Assembly: GCF_018977255.1 (NCBI RefSeq)
Contig: NW_024704743.1
Span: 36,396,001-36,460,000 of the forward strand
Reading direction: 5' to 3'
DNA from: Callorhinchus milii
Taxonomy: Eukaryota
Length of the DNA stretch: 64,000 nt
Part shown: positions 12,584 through 25,384 of the stretch, in pieces
Layout: each line of letters opens with the position of its first letter
Position numbering within the stretch: position 1 is the first letter of the stretch
Notes under the pieces: generated by a model
What the model was told of the DNA's origin: nothing
Databases searched by the model: none
Seen by the model: only the letters and a program-made list of their open reading frames with translations
Position numbers and translations under genes: made by a program

Positions 12584-12909
12584 TGGAGTCCTGTAGCTCA
12601 GTGGTTAGAGCACTCGCTTTGCAAGTGAGAGACCCGAGTTCAATTCCAGGCAGAGGGCGAAACCTTGGGCAAGTTTCCTTACTCCACACAGAGCCTAATA
12701 ATAATCCCTCCAAAAACCCAAAACAATAATAAATTGGTCATTTTCAATCTACGGCTGTTTGTGGGACATTGCTGTGCGCAATTGGCTGCCGCGTTCGCCC
12801 ACAAATATACAGTCAATTCACTTTACAGTGTCTTCTGTGAAGCACTTTGGGACATCCTCCCGACGTGAAAAACGCTATATCAAATGCAAGGATTATTATT
12901 ATTATAATA
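12584..12909 (+). mobile_element. Full-length short SINE: tRNA(Ala-TGC)-like head, Deu-like core, L2-type tail
   Basis: A box tagctcagtgg, anticodon arm ctcgc-tttgcaa-gtgag, B box gagttcaattcc, core ctgtttgtgggacattgctgtgcgcaattggctgccgcg, tail caaatgcaagg(att)n. Confidence 0.9.
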
Positions 12910-13145
12910 AGGCAAAAGATCACAGCTTGAGCTTATATAAACAGAGCTGCTTCTCTCCAGACCCACAGACCCCCATCATCTCCAGCCTGTCTCTGCTGAG
13001 CCCAGCACATAGGGGGAAGAGGAGCTCTCTCTCTCTCTCTCCCTCCCTCACCCCTCCATCTCTCTCTCACACACACACACACCATCACCCTGCAGGTGGG
13101 AAGCAGCTGATTTTGCAAAGCTTTGAAGAAGTTCAGGAAGGCGCA

Positions 13146-13475
13146 ATACAACAACAACAACAAGATTCCATTTATAAAGCGCCTTTCACGTCAGGAGGAC
13201 GTCCCAAGGCGCTGCACAGTTGGGTCATGACCCGAGCAGGGGGGGAAATGGTCAGGGTGAGGGGAGGGAAGGGAGGGAGCGAGGAGGGGGGAAATGGTCA
13301 GGGTGAGGGGAGGGAAGGGAGGGAGCGAGGAGGGGGGAAATGGTCAGGGTGAGGGGAGGGAAGGGAGGGAGCGAGGAGGGGGGAAATGGTCAGGGTGAGG
13401 GGAGGGATGGAGCGAGAAGGGGGAAGAGAGTCGAGAGGGGAGCTGAAGGCTCGGTCAAAGAGAAAGGTTTTGAGA
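13146..13475 (-). mobile_element. L2 3'-end fragment containing an expanded 46-bp G-rich tandem repeat
   Basis: (AAC)n tail then tttataaagcgcctttcacgtcaggaggacgtcccaaggcgc, matching other L2 ends in the window. Confidence 0.8.
13240..13407 (+). repeat. 46-bp minisatellite, about 3.6 copies
   Basis: aaatggtcagggtgaggggaggga recurs at 13246, 13292, 13338 and 13384. Confidence 0.95.
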
Positions 13476-13885
13476 CCGGAGGATTATTATCATTTATTAT
13501 TATTAGAGAGAGAGAGAGAGAGAGAGAGTGTGCCTTTGTGGTTGAAAAAAATCATCAGGTCATCTTTCTCAAAACCACCTCTTTCTTTTTTTGCTCTTTC
13601 TTTCTTCCGCCTCCGATTATTCCCGGCGGCGAGAGTGGTGCAAAATAGAAACGTGAGGGTGGAGTGGGGTGGGGGGGGTCAAAAAAAAAAATATATTAAA
13701 AAGGAAAAAAAAAACAGCACCACTCATGTCTCCATGAATTGGATTGAATCCAAGTGATCCAGGAATGCACAGTGCGCCTCTCTCTCTCTCTCTCTCTCTC
13801 TCCCTAACGTTGCGACATCTGCGCTGTTGAGGCATTTGCAGCGGATCGATGGCTCTTTTATGTCCCCCCCCCTCAATGATCAATA

Positions 13886-13920
<35 letters not shown>

Positions 13921-14040
13921 AGGCTGCGAGGGCGGGGTGAGTGCTGGAGGTGTGAGCAGGATGTCGCTGTGTGTGGGAGGGGAGGGGAGGGGGAAGGGGG
14001 GGATATGATGCATCGCAGTTGCAGAGTGGTCCGGGTCAGT

Positions 14041-14123
14041 GAGGCGGGGGGTAATCTCTGAGCTGCGTCAGGATAAGGGTCCACCAGTCACCAAACCAGG
14101 ACCGGTCTGGGAGGGTATTTAAG
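14041..14123 (+). promoter_or_regulatory. CCK: CCK proximal promoter: GC box (14041-14050), CRE/TRE-like CTGCGTCAG (14063-14071), TATA-like TATTTAAG (14116-14123)
   Basis: Motifs seen directly; order and spacing resemble the mammalian CCK promoter, which has CTGCGTCAGC near -80. Confidence 0.75.
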
Positions 14124-14145
14124 AAGCGCACGAACTGAGCCCAGA

Positions 14146-14225
14146 AACTCACTCACTCAGTGTGTGTGTGTGTGTGTGATCTGCCAGGACTGCCCTGCTC
14201 TGACTTTGGGACTCGAGCCCTGTAG
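14146..14225 (+). other. CCK: CCK non-coding exon 1 (start approximate)
   Basis: Begins about 30 nt after the TATA-like box and ends at the strong donor AG|GTAAGA; CCK genes have an untranslated first exon. Confidence 0.65.
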
Positions 14226-14529
14226 GTAAGAGACTCACACCTCTCTCTCACCCCCCCCCCACACACCCCCTCCTCACACCTCTCTCTCACCCCCCCCCCC
14301 CACACACCCCCTCCTCACACCTCTCTCTCCCCCTCCCCCCCACACCTCTCCCCCCCACACTCACACCTCTCCCCCCCACACCCCCAATGCTTCCCTTTCA
14401 GTCTGGTTTCCATTCAAGATCTCGTTTTTTTTTTAAACGTGTGTCTCGGGTATCTGCTCCTGTCAGATATCCCACTCTTCGAGACTTCGCTGTGTTTTTT
14501 TTTCCATCAGTGGTGACCCCCTTTAGGGT

Positions 14530-14955
14530 GCCCCTGGGTGCCCCTGGGTGCCTGGCTGCCTGGGTGCCTGGGTGCCCCTGGGTGCTTGGCTGCCTGGGTG
14601 CCTGGGTGGGTAGCTGCTCCTGGGTGCCTGGGTGCTCCTGGGTGCCTGGGTGGGCAGCTGCTCCTGGGTGCCTGGGTGGGCAGCTGCTCCTGGGTGCCTG
14701 GGTGGGCAGCTGCTCCTGGGTGCCTGGGTGGGTAGCTGCTCCTGGGTGCCTGGGTGGGCAGCTGCTCCTGGCTGCCTGGGTGGGCAGCTGCTCCTGGGTG
14801 CCTGGGTGGGCAGCTGCTCCTGGGTGCCTGGGTGGGCAGCTGCTCCTGGGTGCCTGGGTGGGCAGCTGCTCCTGGGTGCCTGGGTGGGTAGCTGCTCCTG
14901 GGTGCCTGGGTGGGCAGCTGCTCCTGGGTGCCTGGGTGGGCAGCTGCTCCTGGGT
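14530..14955 (+). repeat. 26-bp minisatellite (ctgggtgcctgggtgggcagctgctc), about 12 copies, preceded by degenerate 8-bp subunits
   Basis: Direct tandem periodicity in CCK intron 1. Confidence 0.95.
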
Positions 14956-17557
14956 TTCGTAAGAAAAGGCTTTTGACAGAACTACAGCAATGATAACCTG
15001 AACTCTGATCTTTAAGCTCAAGTTTCCCACGTGAAGGGCGCTACAGAAATGCAAGTTGTTGTTGTTGTTGTTGTTGTTGCCGAACAGGTTACAAGTCAGT
15101 GTTGTCAGTTCTGGAGAGCAGATTCTGTGTTTTTTTTGGCCATCTCCTGTGTCCTGTTAGCAGCTTCGCACTTATTCATTGTCATAGCTAAAAGTGGGCG
15201 AATTCTTGTAATACGGATTGCAGACGGTCACTTGGAAAAAGATCACACAGTAGGGTTTGGAATTCTCAATCAGCCAATTCTATTTTGACGAACTGAAACG
15301 TGTTAAAGTCATGTTAACTATTGCAAAAGCTTCGACTTCCAACGAGGTCTGGATTTGTTGGATTACAGTTCTTTTTAATATCTCTGGTATGTTCATGTGT
15401 AGGTGAGATGCCTGTAACTCTCAGTTTGGTTTGGATACTCTTAAGCATGGAGATGGGTTTCCGAATATGCCGGACGCCAGACTGACCCCCAAAAATTCAA
15501 TGCAGAAAACAACCTTCCTTAACTAACCAGCTAAACCAATGTTCATTAGTACAAATAGCCTGTCATAACTAATGCAGCATTTCATAGGGAGAAGCTTGGA
15601 TACCAAACAGTTGGTAGCAAAATAATCTAAACAGCAATTATATCTGGATATGAAGAATGATGACAAAGTACTTGTTTCCTTTGTAAAAATGTTATTTATA
15701 GCTTTCTAAAAAGCACCAAAGCTAGGACCGAATGTAAATTATTTTCATTTTTAGACTGGAAAATATTGTAATAATAATTATACAGTGCCTTATCACGTTA
15801 TTGAGATGTCTCAAAGTGTTTCACAGGATATACTGTAAAGTGGATTGACTGTGTATTAGACTGCTGTCAATTGAAGAATCTGTTTGTCAAATTATTCCTT
15901 TATTAGGGTATTAGACCACGATTGCCACTTAAACGCTAGTACAGAGCGATCTAGCAGTGTGATGACCTGCTTTTCCACAGCATTAACCCTTGTCAGAGGT
16001 TACCTCTCCATTTAATGGCAGCCATGTAAAACATGATTAAAAATGAGTGAGATACTGTAAAAAGCTACCGCTTCACGCTTGCAATTATAGGACTAGCACT
16101 TACTGATCCATCTCTTACAGTTACACTCTGGGGTTTGGGTGGACAATATACTATGAACTGATATTTTTTAAGCTTCCACTAAAATGAATGGGAAATGAAC
16201 TTTTAGACTTATAAGAATTAGACAGGTATCAATGATGCATTTTCTTGTTCAGTCAGAAGACTACTTTTGAACTGAACCAGCATCTCAATCTTTTGTTTTG
16301 AATTCTCTGTTTATTCTGACATTCATTCACCGTATATTTGTTTGTAGTAATGCATGATTCATTGAATGTATGTTCACCACCAAACACACAGTCACCGCAC
16401 TTTACAGTTTATCCTGTGAAATGCTTTGGGACATACGTAAGAAGCTCTATACCAAATGTAAGGATTATTATTTTTATTGTAGGATGATAGACTTTTGCAA
16501 AATGTTCTCTGGCTCAGTCCTGTTTCTTGTCAATACTAACAACATAATTACCTCATGCTATCAACTTTGATTTGCTCAGTACATCACAATGAAAGAAAGC
16601 ATCCAAAATAGCCTTGGCTTTCCTATGTATTTTCCGTTTGATTGTACCTTCAGTTAAATCCTTTCAATGCTACCTCTTTCGTTCGGCACTGCTCAGTGAT
16701 CCCCATCGTGTTTGAGTGGAGTTGTCAAAATGTCTCAAAGCACTTCACAAGCTTTACTGTAAAGTATAATGACTGCATATTTGTAGGAAAACAAATATAC
16801 GTGCAATTTTGTGTTTTATGTTGCCCATATACATATGTTCCGGATAGATATTGTACAACTTAACCTGATATTTAGTGGATGAAAATATCTGAAAACATTA
16901 TAGTCACAGAATTTAGTCACAAAACTGTTGTGTGTTAATGTATATTGTTGGAGTATAAAGGTTCCTTAATCTGGTTTTCTGCACCCAGAACATGATTGAT
17001 CAGCAAATGAAAGTTGTCTCTGAGAAAATGTAGAAGGAAGAAAACTTACTTACGTTTTGAAACCCCCCATATTAATTTGTCGAATTCATTCAACAAATTA
17101 CAGCACGCTAAACTCAGCTACGATGGTATTTGCAACCAGTGACTCATACTATGTTTAAAGGTAGCTGCATAATTCAGGTGTAAGGTCCATGTAGAGTGGA
17201 AACATCTTAATAATAAAGCTTGCATTTGGTATAGCCCCTTATAATGTTGTTGAGACATCTCAAAGAGCTTCACAGAATATATTGTAAAGTGAATTGACTG
17301 TATATTTTGTGGGTGAAACTCGCCAGCCAATTGAGCACAGCAGTGTTCCACAAATAGTCAGGGATTGAGTGTCTACATTTTTTTTTGGAATGGATTATTA
17401 TCTCTGGAAACGATTCACCAAATGAGTAACAACTGAGTTCCGATTTACTGGGATTTTACTTGGTGCTAGGATTTAGTCTATAATCAATAAACAATAAATA
17501 AACTGTCTATAATCAATAAACAACAGAAAAATGGGGATTTTGTCCATCATTGAACAA

Positions 17558-17763
17558 ATAATAATAATAATAATGCTTGCATTTGATATAGCGCTTTTCA
17601 CATCAGGAGGATGTCCCAAAGCGCTTCACAGAACACACTGTAAAGTGAATTGACTGTATATTTGTGGGTGAACGCGGCAGCCAATTGCGCACAGCAATGT
17701 CCCACAAACAGTCGTAGATTAAAAATGACCAATTTATTATTGTTTTTGGTTTTGGAGGGATTA
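17558..17763 (-). mobile_element. Short Deu-type SINE, 5'-truncated, in CCK intron 1
   Basis: Reverse complement of the 3' two-thirds of the 12584 copy. Confidence 0.85.
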
Positions 17764-17931
17764 ATATTCCCACTATTTGCCAACATGTATTTCTAACCTC
17801 AGATTTTCCCAATGTCTGTGCCTCTTCATTTGATTGTGTAAGGTAGTGATTTGAGAAATACTGCTTAATACAAAGGTGTGTCTAATTAAATTAATCACTG
17901 CATCTTGCTCTTATCTCTCTTTACTCCAGCT

Positions 17932-18187
17932 ATGAACAACGGAATCTGCGTGTGTGTGTTCCTTGCTGTTCTCTCCTCAGGCTGCGTTGGCAGACTGGCT
18001 GATGGTTCGGACTATGGTAGTCCAATAGCTAGCGAGGTTGAGGAAAACCTCACCATGCAACAGAAGCAAACTCGGGAAACCCAATCTCTTGACCATCTGA
18101 AACCATTCCAGATGGGAAGGTTCAACAAAGAGGAAAAACCCAACTTGGGAGGTCTTCTCACAAGATACCTTCAGCAAGTTAGGAAAG
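17932..18187 (+). CDS. CCK: Preprocholecystokinin, coding exon 1 (gene exon 2)
   Basis: Acceptor ctccag|ct then ATG; MNNGICVCVFLAVLSSGCVG signal peptide...NLGGLLTRYLQQVRK; phase-1 donor G|GTAAGG. Confidence 0.96.
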
Positions 18188-20993
18188 GTAAGGCATGTCA
18201 GTGATGGAGAGGACCTCTGGCAGATTTAGCAACCCAGCAGATTTCTATACATTTCTAAAATTCACCATTAAATATGTCTACAACACAGTTGCTTTCATCA
18301 TCACAAAACTGATATTCTAGGTGAAATTGTTCATCAGTGCCATTATGTCCACTTAAAGATTAGCTATAAGAAAAGATCATTTTTACAAGAAAAATGAAAT
18401 GTGTGTGTGTGTGTATATATATAATATACATATGCCCGACACTGGCTTGTAGGGTTAACAGGAGGATTCACTGCCCCCCATGACTGGTCTACCCTTCCAA
18501 GTCCTGCCGATGAGCCAGACTGACTGTGTTGTCATCAGCAATGCCCTGGAGTACTATGGAGCTGCCTGGCTCAATAAGGTACATTCAGAGACCAGCAAGT
18601 ATTTTTATTTCAAGGAAATGGAAAGCAGAAGATCACACTCATCAGAAGTTATTTGAGTCACTGCACTTTTGGCACAGGTTTGCAGCAGGTTGCCCATTCA
18701 CCTTTTGTTCAAAGAATGGGAAGGGACCTTAAGGGCAGGAAAAATAACTAAGATCAAAGACAAGAAAGAATTTAATGAAGAGGTAAAAGATGAAGTTGTC
18801 TCCCTCTCTTTGAGACATATGACAGGCATACTCTTCCTGAATTCCAAGCAGGTTGACAATCTGCTGCTTAGCTTCTGCTATTCTTTTACTGAGACTGTCT
18901 AATAGAATCTGTGTATGTTCCCCAAAAACTCGTGATGTTCTCAGTGGCTGGCTTGAACCACCCACTGCACAAAGCTTATTGGAAAATAATAGGGATTAAT
19001 AGGAATAAACCTGAAATGCTCCAGTAATGGCAGCTGCTGGGCAGTTCCTTGTGTGTTTACCTAGTCGTTTTAAAAATGAGGAAGCAAGGGATTTAGACAG
19101 TCGAGTTAGTAAAGTTGTAAGTTGTCCAGTCTCTTCAGGCCTCTGCATTAAAACTTTCCTTGACAAAATCTTAAAGAAAAACCCAGTCATAAAACTGCGC
19201 TGTTGATATGTTATTGTATGAACAGTTATGTCACACAATTTCCTTTCAAGGAGCAGGTCACATTTCCTGTGCTTAATTTGCAGTTCTTCTCACTTTATTT
19301 TTCTGAAGGCCCATTTCTCTTCACTGATATTCTATTCATTTTACATTTAATAAGCAGAAAATAATGACACATCTTATCACTATTCTTATCAAGGTCACAA
19401 ACACAGGATATTGTAGCTTTCTTTCCCTCTCATGTCAGGTGGAGGCTTGTATTTGTTTCTTTCAAAATCAGCAATGCAGTCATTCTCCACCACGAGCATC
19501 AGGATTAATATGAAAAAAAACAGCAATGAGGAGAAATGTGTTCATTATGTGAAGACCGAAATTTAGTAAGAACCATAATTTGAAAAGAACCAGAGTACTA
19601 GTTGACCCTATCTCAAATGATGTATATGTATAAGTTTAACATTGCCATTTGCACCAATTGTATTACACATGGTCATGATAAGGCAGGTGCTTGCAAGTTG
19701 ATTGTTTGACATACTAATTTAAACGTTAGCATAACTCAGTTCCACAGGTAAAATGCACTCCCATTTCTTATAAAATTCCCAATGTATCATTTGTTACTAG
19801 ATGACCAACATTTCACAACATCTGCGAAATTTACCGATGACTACTTTTTCTGGCAGTAATTTCTGAAGTGATAGAATCAGTAATGTTGTTGTTGGACATT
19901 GTCTTTATTAAGAAATATCACAATTTAGAAACTGTCATATTTCCAATTTATTCACAATTTATTCCTGTAAGATCCACCCAAGTAACATCTCTTGTTCACG
20001 TACAAATGCTCAGTCATTACACTTAACTGTGAAGCACTTTGAGACAATGTGACAAACAAGGATTAGTTATCAAATGAATATTATTAATGCAAGGATTATT
20101 TATCAATATTTCTGAAGGAAAGGCTGCAAAGGATGCCAGCAAGTAGACCTGTTCTTAGCTCCCACCAAGGGAACTGATCAATTGTTATATACAACAACAA
20201 ATTGCATTTATAATGTGTCTTTCACATCGGGAGAAAGTCCCAGTGATGCAAACTGACTTCCTTTACAAGGAAATCATCTCACTCTATTTTCATCAAATTA
20301 CCTACTGTAAGGGGATGTTGTATTGTTCATCTGAAACTGAGAATATGAATCTTATCAATGTAGCACAGCACACTGCTGCACTGAGTTGAGTGAATTGGCC
20401 ACATTTTGTGTGTGTTTTTGTATATATACACACACACAATAATAATAATAAACCTTATATTAGGCAATAGCACCATTCATATCAGGAGGATGTCATAAAG
20501 CACTTTGCAGGACCCACTGTAAAGTACATTGACTAGGTGTTTTGTAATTACATAATATAATCTTTATTTCACACTTTTATATTTATTAAGAGTAGGGCAA
20601 GGAAACATTTCCATTGTTGGTATCCACTACTTGTATCAAGCTCTACAGTGTCATATAAATTGGGGTTAAGGTTTCCTCTGTAACTCAACAGTATTCTTGA
20701 GCATGAGCACTTCCTACTTCACCAATGTGAAGTCTTCATTTCCCACATTGGCTTACCAATTTAATGACATTTTTGCCAAATTATCAGTAGCTGTATGCTG
20801 CTACCTCACACCCACTAGGAACTGAACGGAGACTCTCCAGATGTATTTCATGCTTATTTTCATTGGTTCTGGCTGCATCTGAGCCAAAGTTTTGGAGGCT
20901 ACCTAAAATGGCATCACACTTCCTTTATTTTTCTTTAGAATCCAAGAATAAATGCAAGACTGCAGATCTAATTTTCATCTTTGTCTTCTTTAG

Positions 20994-21130
20994 GTTCTTT
21001 GGCAAAAAATGCCCTTGCTGGAAACAAATCGCAGAAGGTGGATAACTCCCATAGGCTAAGTGACAGGGATTACATGGGCTGGATGGACTTTGGTCGACGC
21101 AGTGCTGAAGAGTATGAATATTTGTCATAA
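20994..21130 (+). CDS. CCK: Preprocholecystokinin, coding exon 2 (gene exon 3), containing CCK-8 at 21068-21091
   Basis: Acceptor ttctttag|GT; reads [45 protein letters not shown]; 256+137=393 nt = 130 aa plus stop. Confidence 0.98.
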
Positions 21131-21331
21131 AAAGTACAAATCAATATGCTCTAATTGCTGTATAAAAGAGGAACTTTAATTTGGTGTCTTAATTTTTAGT
21201 GTTTAAAAATGATCTATTTATTATGCCATTCAATGTAAATTTGTTTCTAAGATTGTATGATGGAATATACAAACTCGGACTTTTACGGAATAGTCTTTGT
21301 CTCAAACCAGTTTCTTATCAATACTAATGAC

Positions 21332-21393
21332 ATTAAAATAATTTAAAATATCTCATTCTGTCAACCTTGAGTTGTTTAGTATGTCACAATAAA
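21332..21393 (+). terminator. CCK: Candidate CCK polyadenylation signals (ATTAAA 21332-21337, AATAAA 21388-21393)
   Basis: Hexamers 200-260 nt after the stop codon in an AT-rich UTR. Confidence 0.55.
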
Positions 21394-23269
21394 AGAAAGC
21401 AGAACAGAAACTTGGTTTTATCTTTTACAATCTGTAAATGTCAGCAATTGCTTACTCAGCAATCCTGTGTGTGTTGTTAAACTGTTAGATTATTGAGAGG
21501 GGAGAAGAACTATAATAATAAAGTAATAATAATAATTCTTGCATTTGATATAGCGCCTTAACACATCGTTGAGACGTCTCAAAGCACTTCACAGAATATA
21601 CTGTAAAGTGAGTTGACTGTGTATTTTGTGGGCAAAACTATTTAGGAGAATCCTATTGAGTTTATTGTTGTCAACAAAATGACTGACCTTTTGTGACAAC
21701 TCATCCTTTAATCCTCTTCCATTTAGCAATGTGCACAACATTGAAATGAAAGGAAGGTTTGATCCTGATCAATCAACTTTGCTGAATTATTCACCCCACG
21801 TTTCACGATTTCACATTTTTTTTGTCAGACTTCACCAATCAGTTGATGAATAATTCCACAAAGAAGGTATCTGTGTATAATATCTAATCATTGCATGTCA
21901 TATATAAAATCAAACGTCACAAAGTAATTTGCTGTCACAATGCAATGTATTTGTAGGAAAACACAGTAGCCAATTTGCGCACAGCAAGTTCTCACAAACA
22001 GCCAAAGCAGGTTCTACAAATAGTCAACTTATATGATCAGGATACTGTAACAGGTGCACAGGAAGATATTAAATATAAAGTCAATTCACTTTACAGTATA
22101 ATCCGTGAAATGCTTTGAGACGTCTCGAAGATGTGAATAAGGCGCTAAATCAAATGCAATTATTATTACATCTTGGTTTAAAATCTCACCTGAAGGTCAG
22201 ACTCTCCTGCAACCCAGTGACACCCCCAGTACTCCCTTGCAGTGTGAACCATCTGAGACTATGAAGTCCTATGAAGAACATGGGACTTGAACCCACAATC
22301 TACTAACACAAGAATGCTACCAACTTAACCAAACTGACACATTAAATCACAAAGTCATCTAGCAGCAAAACCCAACTTGGCATCTTCACATTAATGTTAC
22401 CTTGTCTAGTCTTAGGTACTGAGGAATGGGGGAATGATAAGCAGTGTGGCTCACACTACCTCCTTGAGAAAGTGCAATGTTACAATAATAATCTTTGCAT
22501 TTGATATAGCGCCTTATCCCATCTTCGAGACGTCTCAAAGCACTTCACAGAATATATTGTAAAGTGAATAAGTTGGATGTTCATACATACAGAAGAATTT
22601 TGGTGCTTCCAAAATAATTCAATGACATGAATACTATTTCACCCAAACTACAATCAATCTATTTTACAATATATCTAGTGAAGCACTTTGAGATGTCTCA
22701 ATAAAGTAATAAGGAAATATATCAAACATTATTATAACTATATTTGCAACTTAACATTATTGTGTATTTTTCGTGTTTCCTAAACAAGATACTTTAATAA
22801 GGACACAGGATTTATTAATAAGTAATCTGAGTAGCACAAATTGAGACTTCTTACCGAAACTGGAATTGTGTTACACTTGAAGGATGAAACGCCACTCTGA
22901 CACAATATAATCTAGAACGAGTTCCCATCTGCCGACATGAGGAATACTATTAAGAAATACCACAAATTAGACCCCAATATATTATTTGATAGATTAGTAA
23001 CTTAATAACAATAGATTAGTTACTTAATTCAAGGCCTGTCTCTAAATGTACCTCTTTAACCACACAGGTTATTTTATCCCCTCCCTTAAGCATCCACCTC
23101 AAGATTAGATGTCCAGGCAGCGGTGACAAGCATTTGGAGAGGTCATCCTTAAGTGAAAGGTGCTGCAGAAATGTATATATGCATTGTACTAGAAAGTACT
23201 TGGGAATTAAGGGGCAATTACCTTTTCCTAAAGTAACTAATACAGTGAGTCAAATCTCAATGATTCAGT

Positions 23270-24600
23270 GACTCCACTGGCTCCCCATCATTCAGAAGAT
23301 ACACTTCAAGATCCTAGTCCTCACCTTCAAAGCCTTCCACAGCCTTGATCCTCCCTCTGTGACCTCCTAACCTCCAACGAACCTGTCCACTCCCTCCGCT
23401 CAGTTGGCTCCGGCCTGCTTCACATCCCCCGTCTTGTCCGCCCCACCACTGGCGGGTGGGCCTTTAGCCTCTCTGCCTCCATCCCACTGTCCCTCCACCT
23501 CGCCTCCTCCCTTGCCTCCTTCAAAACCCATCTCAAGACCCTCCTCTTTGATCGTGCCTTTGGTCACCCTCAAACCCATACCCTCCCCACCCTCCACCCC
23601 ACCTGATCCCAACCACCAGCTTGGGTGTGGATCCCTGACTGTTCAGTACCTTGGGAGGTCCTCCTGACATGAAAGGCGCTATAAAAACCTGTTGTTATTG
23701 TTGTTGGATTGTTAATATAAGTAAGGGATTGAATAAAACAATATGGCCATTGTATACAAGTCTAAACAAAGTCACAGCTGACCTGAGGCCATGTAAACCT
23801 AAGGGGTAGGGGAGGTGGCCATGGGCGCATACAGACAGATAGGTCTTTGAACAGGTTTTGAAAGCAGAGACTGAGGAGGGTGAGATGGGAGGAATTTTGG
23901 AAGGGTTCTATGGGGGCTGGAGGGAGAGGCAATATGGTTGAAAGATCACCTGTTAAATGGGGCAGAGTGGTGGTGGGAGGGGGAGGATTAGGACATGAAG
24001 ATGGCAGAGGAGGAAGTGACTGGGAAGTCGTATCACAGGAGACCACAGAAATAGAGTGCGCAAGGCCATGGAGGCATTTGAGGAAGGGCAAGGATCTTAA
24101 AGTTGGTTTGCTGGTTCTCTAGCTCAGACTGCTACTAACCTGCTCCAAAGAACTTTAAGGAGATGTCCCTGTGTGGAAGATGCAATATAAGCGACAAGTG
24201 AATTATGCTTTAATTAAGTTAAGTATTCTTATGCCTGTTAGCTGGTGTTGAGCTGACTTCCAGTCTTGATCATAAACGTTGATTTGACTAAGTGAAGGTT
24301 GCACAAGCTGGTTAGCGCATGTCGAGAAGACTTGCAGATCATAAGCTTGATTATACAGAGCATACAAAAAGATAGGTCTTTAAACCCCTTAAGCCCTTTA
24401 AACCCTTTAAACCCCTCCCTCATACCCTCCTTCCCCATCTTCAGGTCGCGCCTGAAGACCTTCCTCTTCGACCGCTCCTACTGTCACCTTCCCCCTCCCC
24501 CTGGCTCGCCCTCGGGCTCCGCCATTGTTAAGTGCTCTGAGATGCAGCCCAGCCGTGGAGGGCACTATATAAATGCAAGTTGTTGTTTTTGCTGTATAAA
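23270..24600. mobile_element. Cluster of L2 3' fragments (+ ~23270-23705, - ~23790-24100, + ~24395-24590)
   Basis: ctccactggctccccatc...ttcaagatcctagtcctcaccttcaaagcc and gcactatataaatgcaagttgttg ends. Confidence 0.75.
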
Positions 24601-25384
24601 ATGTTGTTAAATTAAATTGAGTTGTAGAACTTTTATCTGTTTATTTGTTCCGTCTAAGTGTAACAGATGTGTCATTCTGGTAACTCTAGATAAAGTGGTC
24701 TGAGAAGATGTCAACATGCTGTGTATTGTATTATGAAAGAGTTAAATTGTCTAAGAATGAAGAAGTGAATTTGTTGTTGCCCCTGTAGTTTGTTGTGTCC
24801 TGAATGAATTGCTGCTGTGCAGTGTTGTAATTTTAAGCAGTCAGCCCAGTGATTAAAATAATCAGGTGGGTGAAATGGTGCTGACATGCACTGATGGGAA
24901 CCATGATATAAAGAAGTACAGCTGAGCTACATTTTGGCACATTCTCACATTCAAGGCCCCAACATTCAAGTAATATCAGAAGAAGNAAAAAAGAGGGAGA
25001 CATTGATGATGTAAGAGTTGTAAGAGATTCAACACCCGCTATTATCAGTGCCCTCAAATACAAGAGAATTTTGCCTGCTGCCTAAGAACTCTGATATGGT
25101 CACCACTGTGACGTATATTATCAAGCAAAATATTGTCGATTGTAGCCCTGCCTACTGTAACTAAGTTTATTGAATCAATGCAAAGCTATACGCCTTTTTG
25201 CCTCAGTAATTAAATACGTTTTTGAGCATAGAATACAAGCGACTCAAGTCCCCCTGTTCTCAGGTTCCCGACCTTATATTTTGGCTGAACAGGAAAAGCT
25301 GGTCTTTTCTGGCTGCACCTTTTGTCCCAGTCTTAACGGGATAGTTAGTTCCACTGCTGACTGCATCGCTGAACCCAATAGCTT

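Noticed and set aside
12584..12655. tRNA-Ala gene
   Set aside because: No proper acceptor stem or terminator; it is the head of a multi-copy SINE
13715..13735. REST/NRSE site upstream of CCK (cagcaccac)
   Set aside because: Only the left half-site is present; the GGACAG half is missing
14387..15054. Repetitive 191-aa and 218-aa ORFs; CRISPR-like array
   Set aside because: They result from a stop-free 26-bp minisatellite; there are no unique spacers or cas genes and the context is vertebrate
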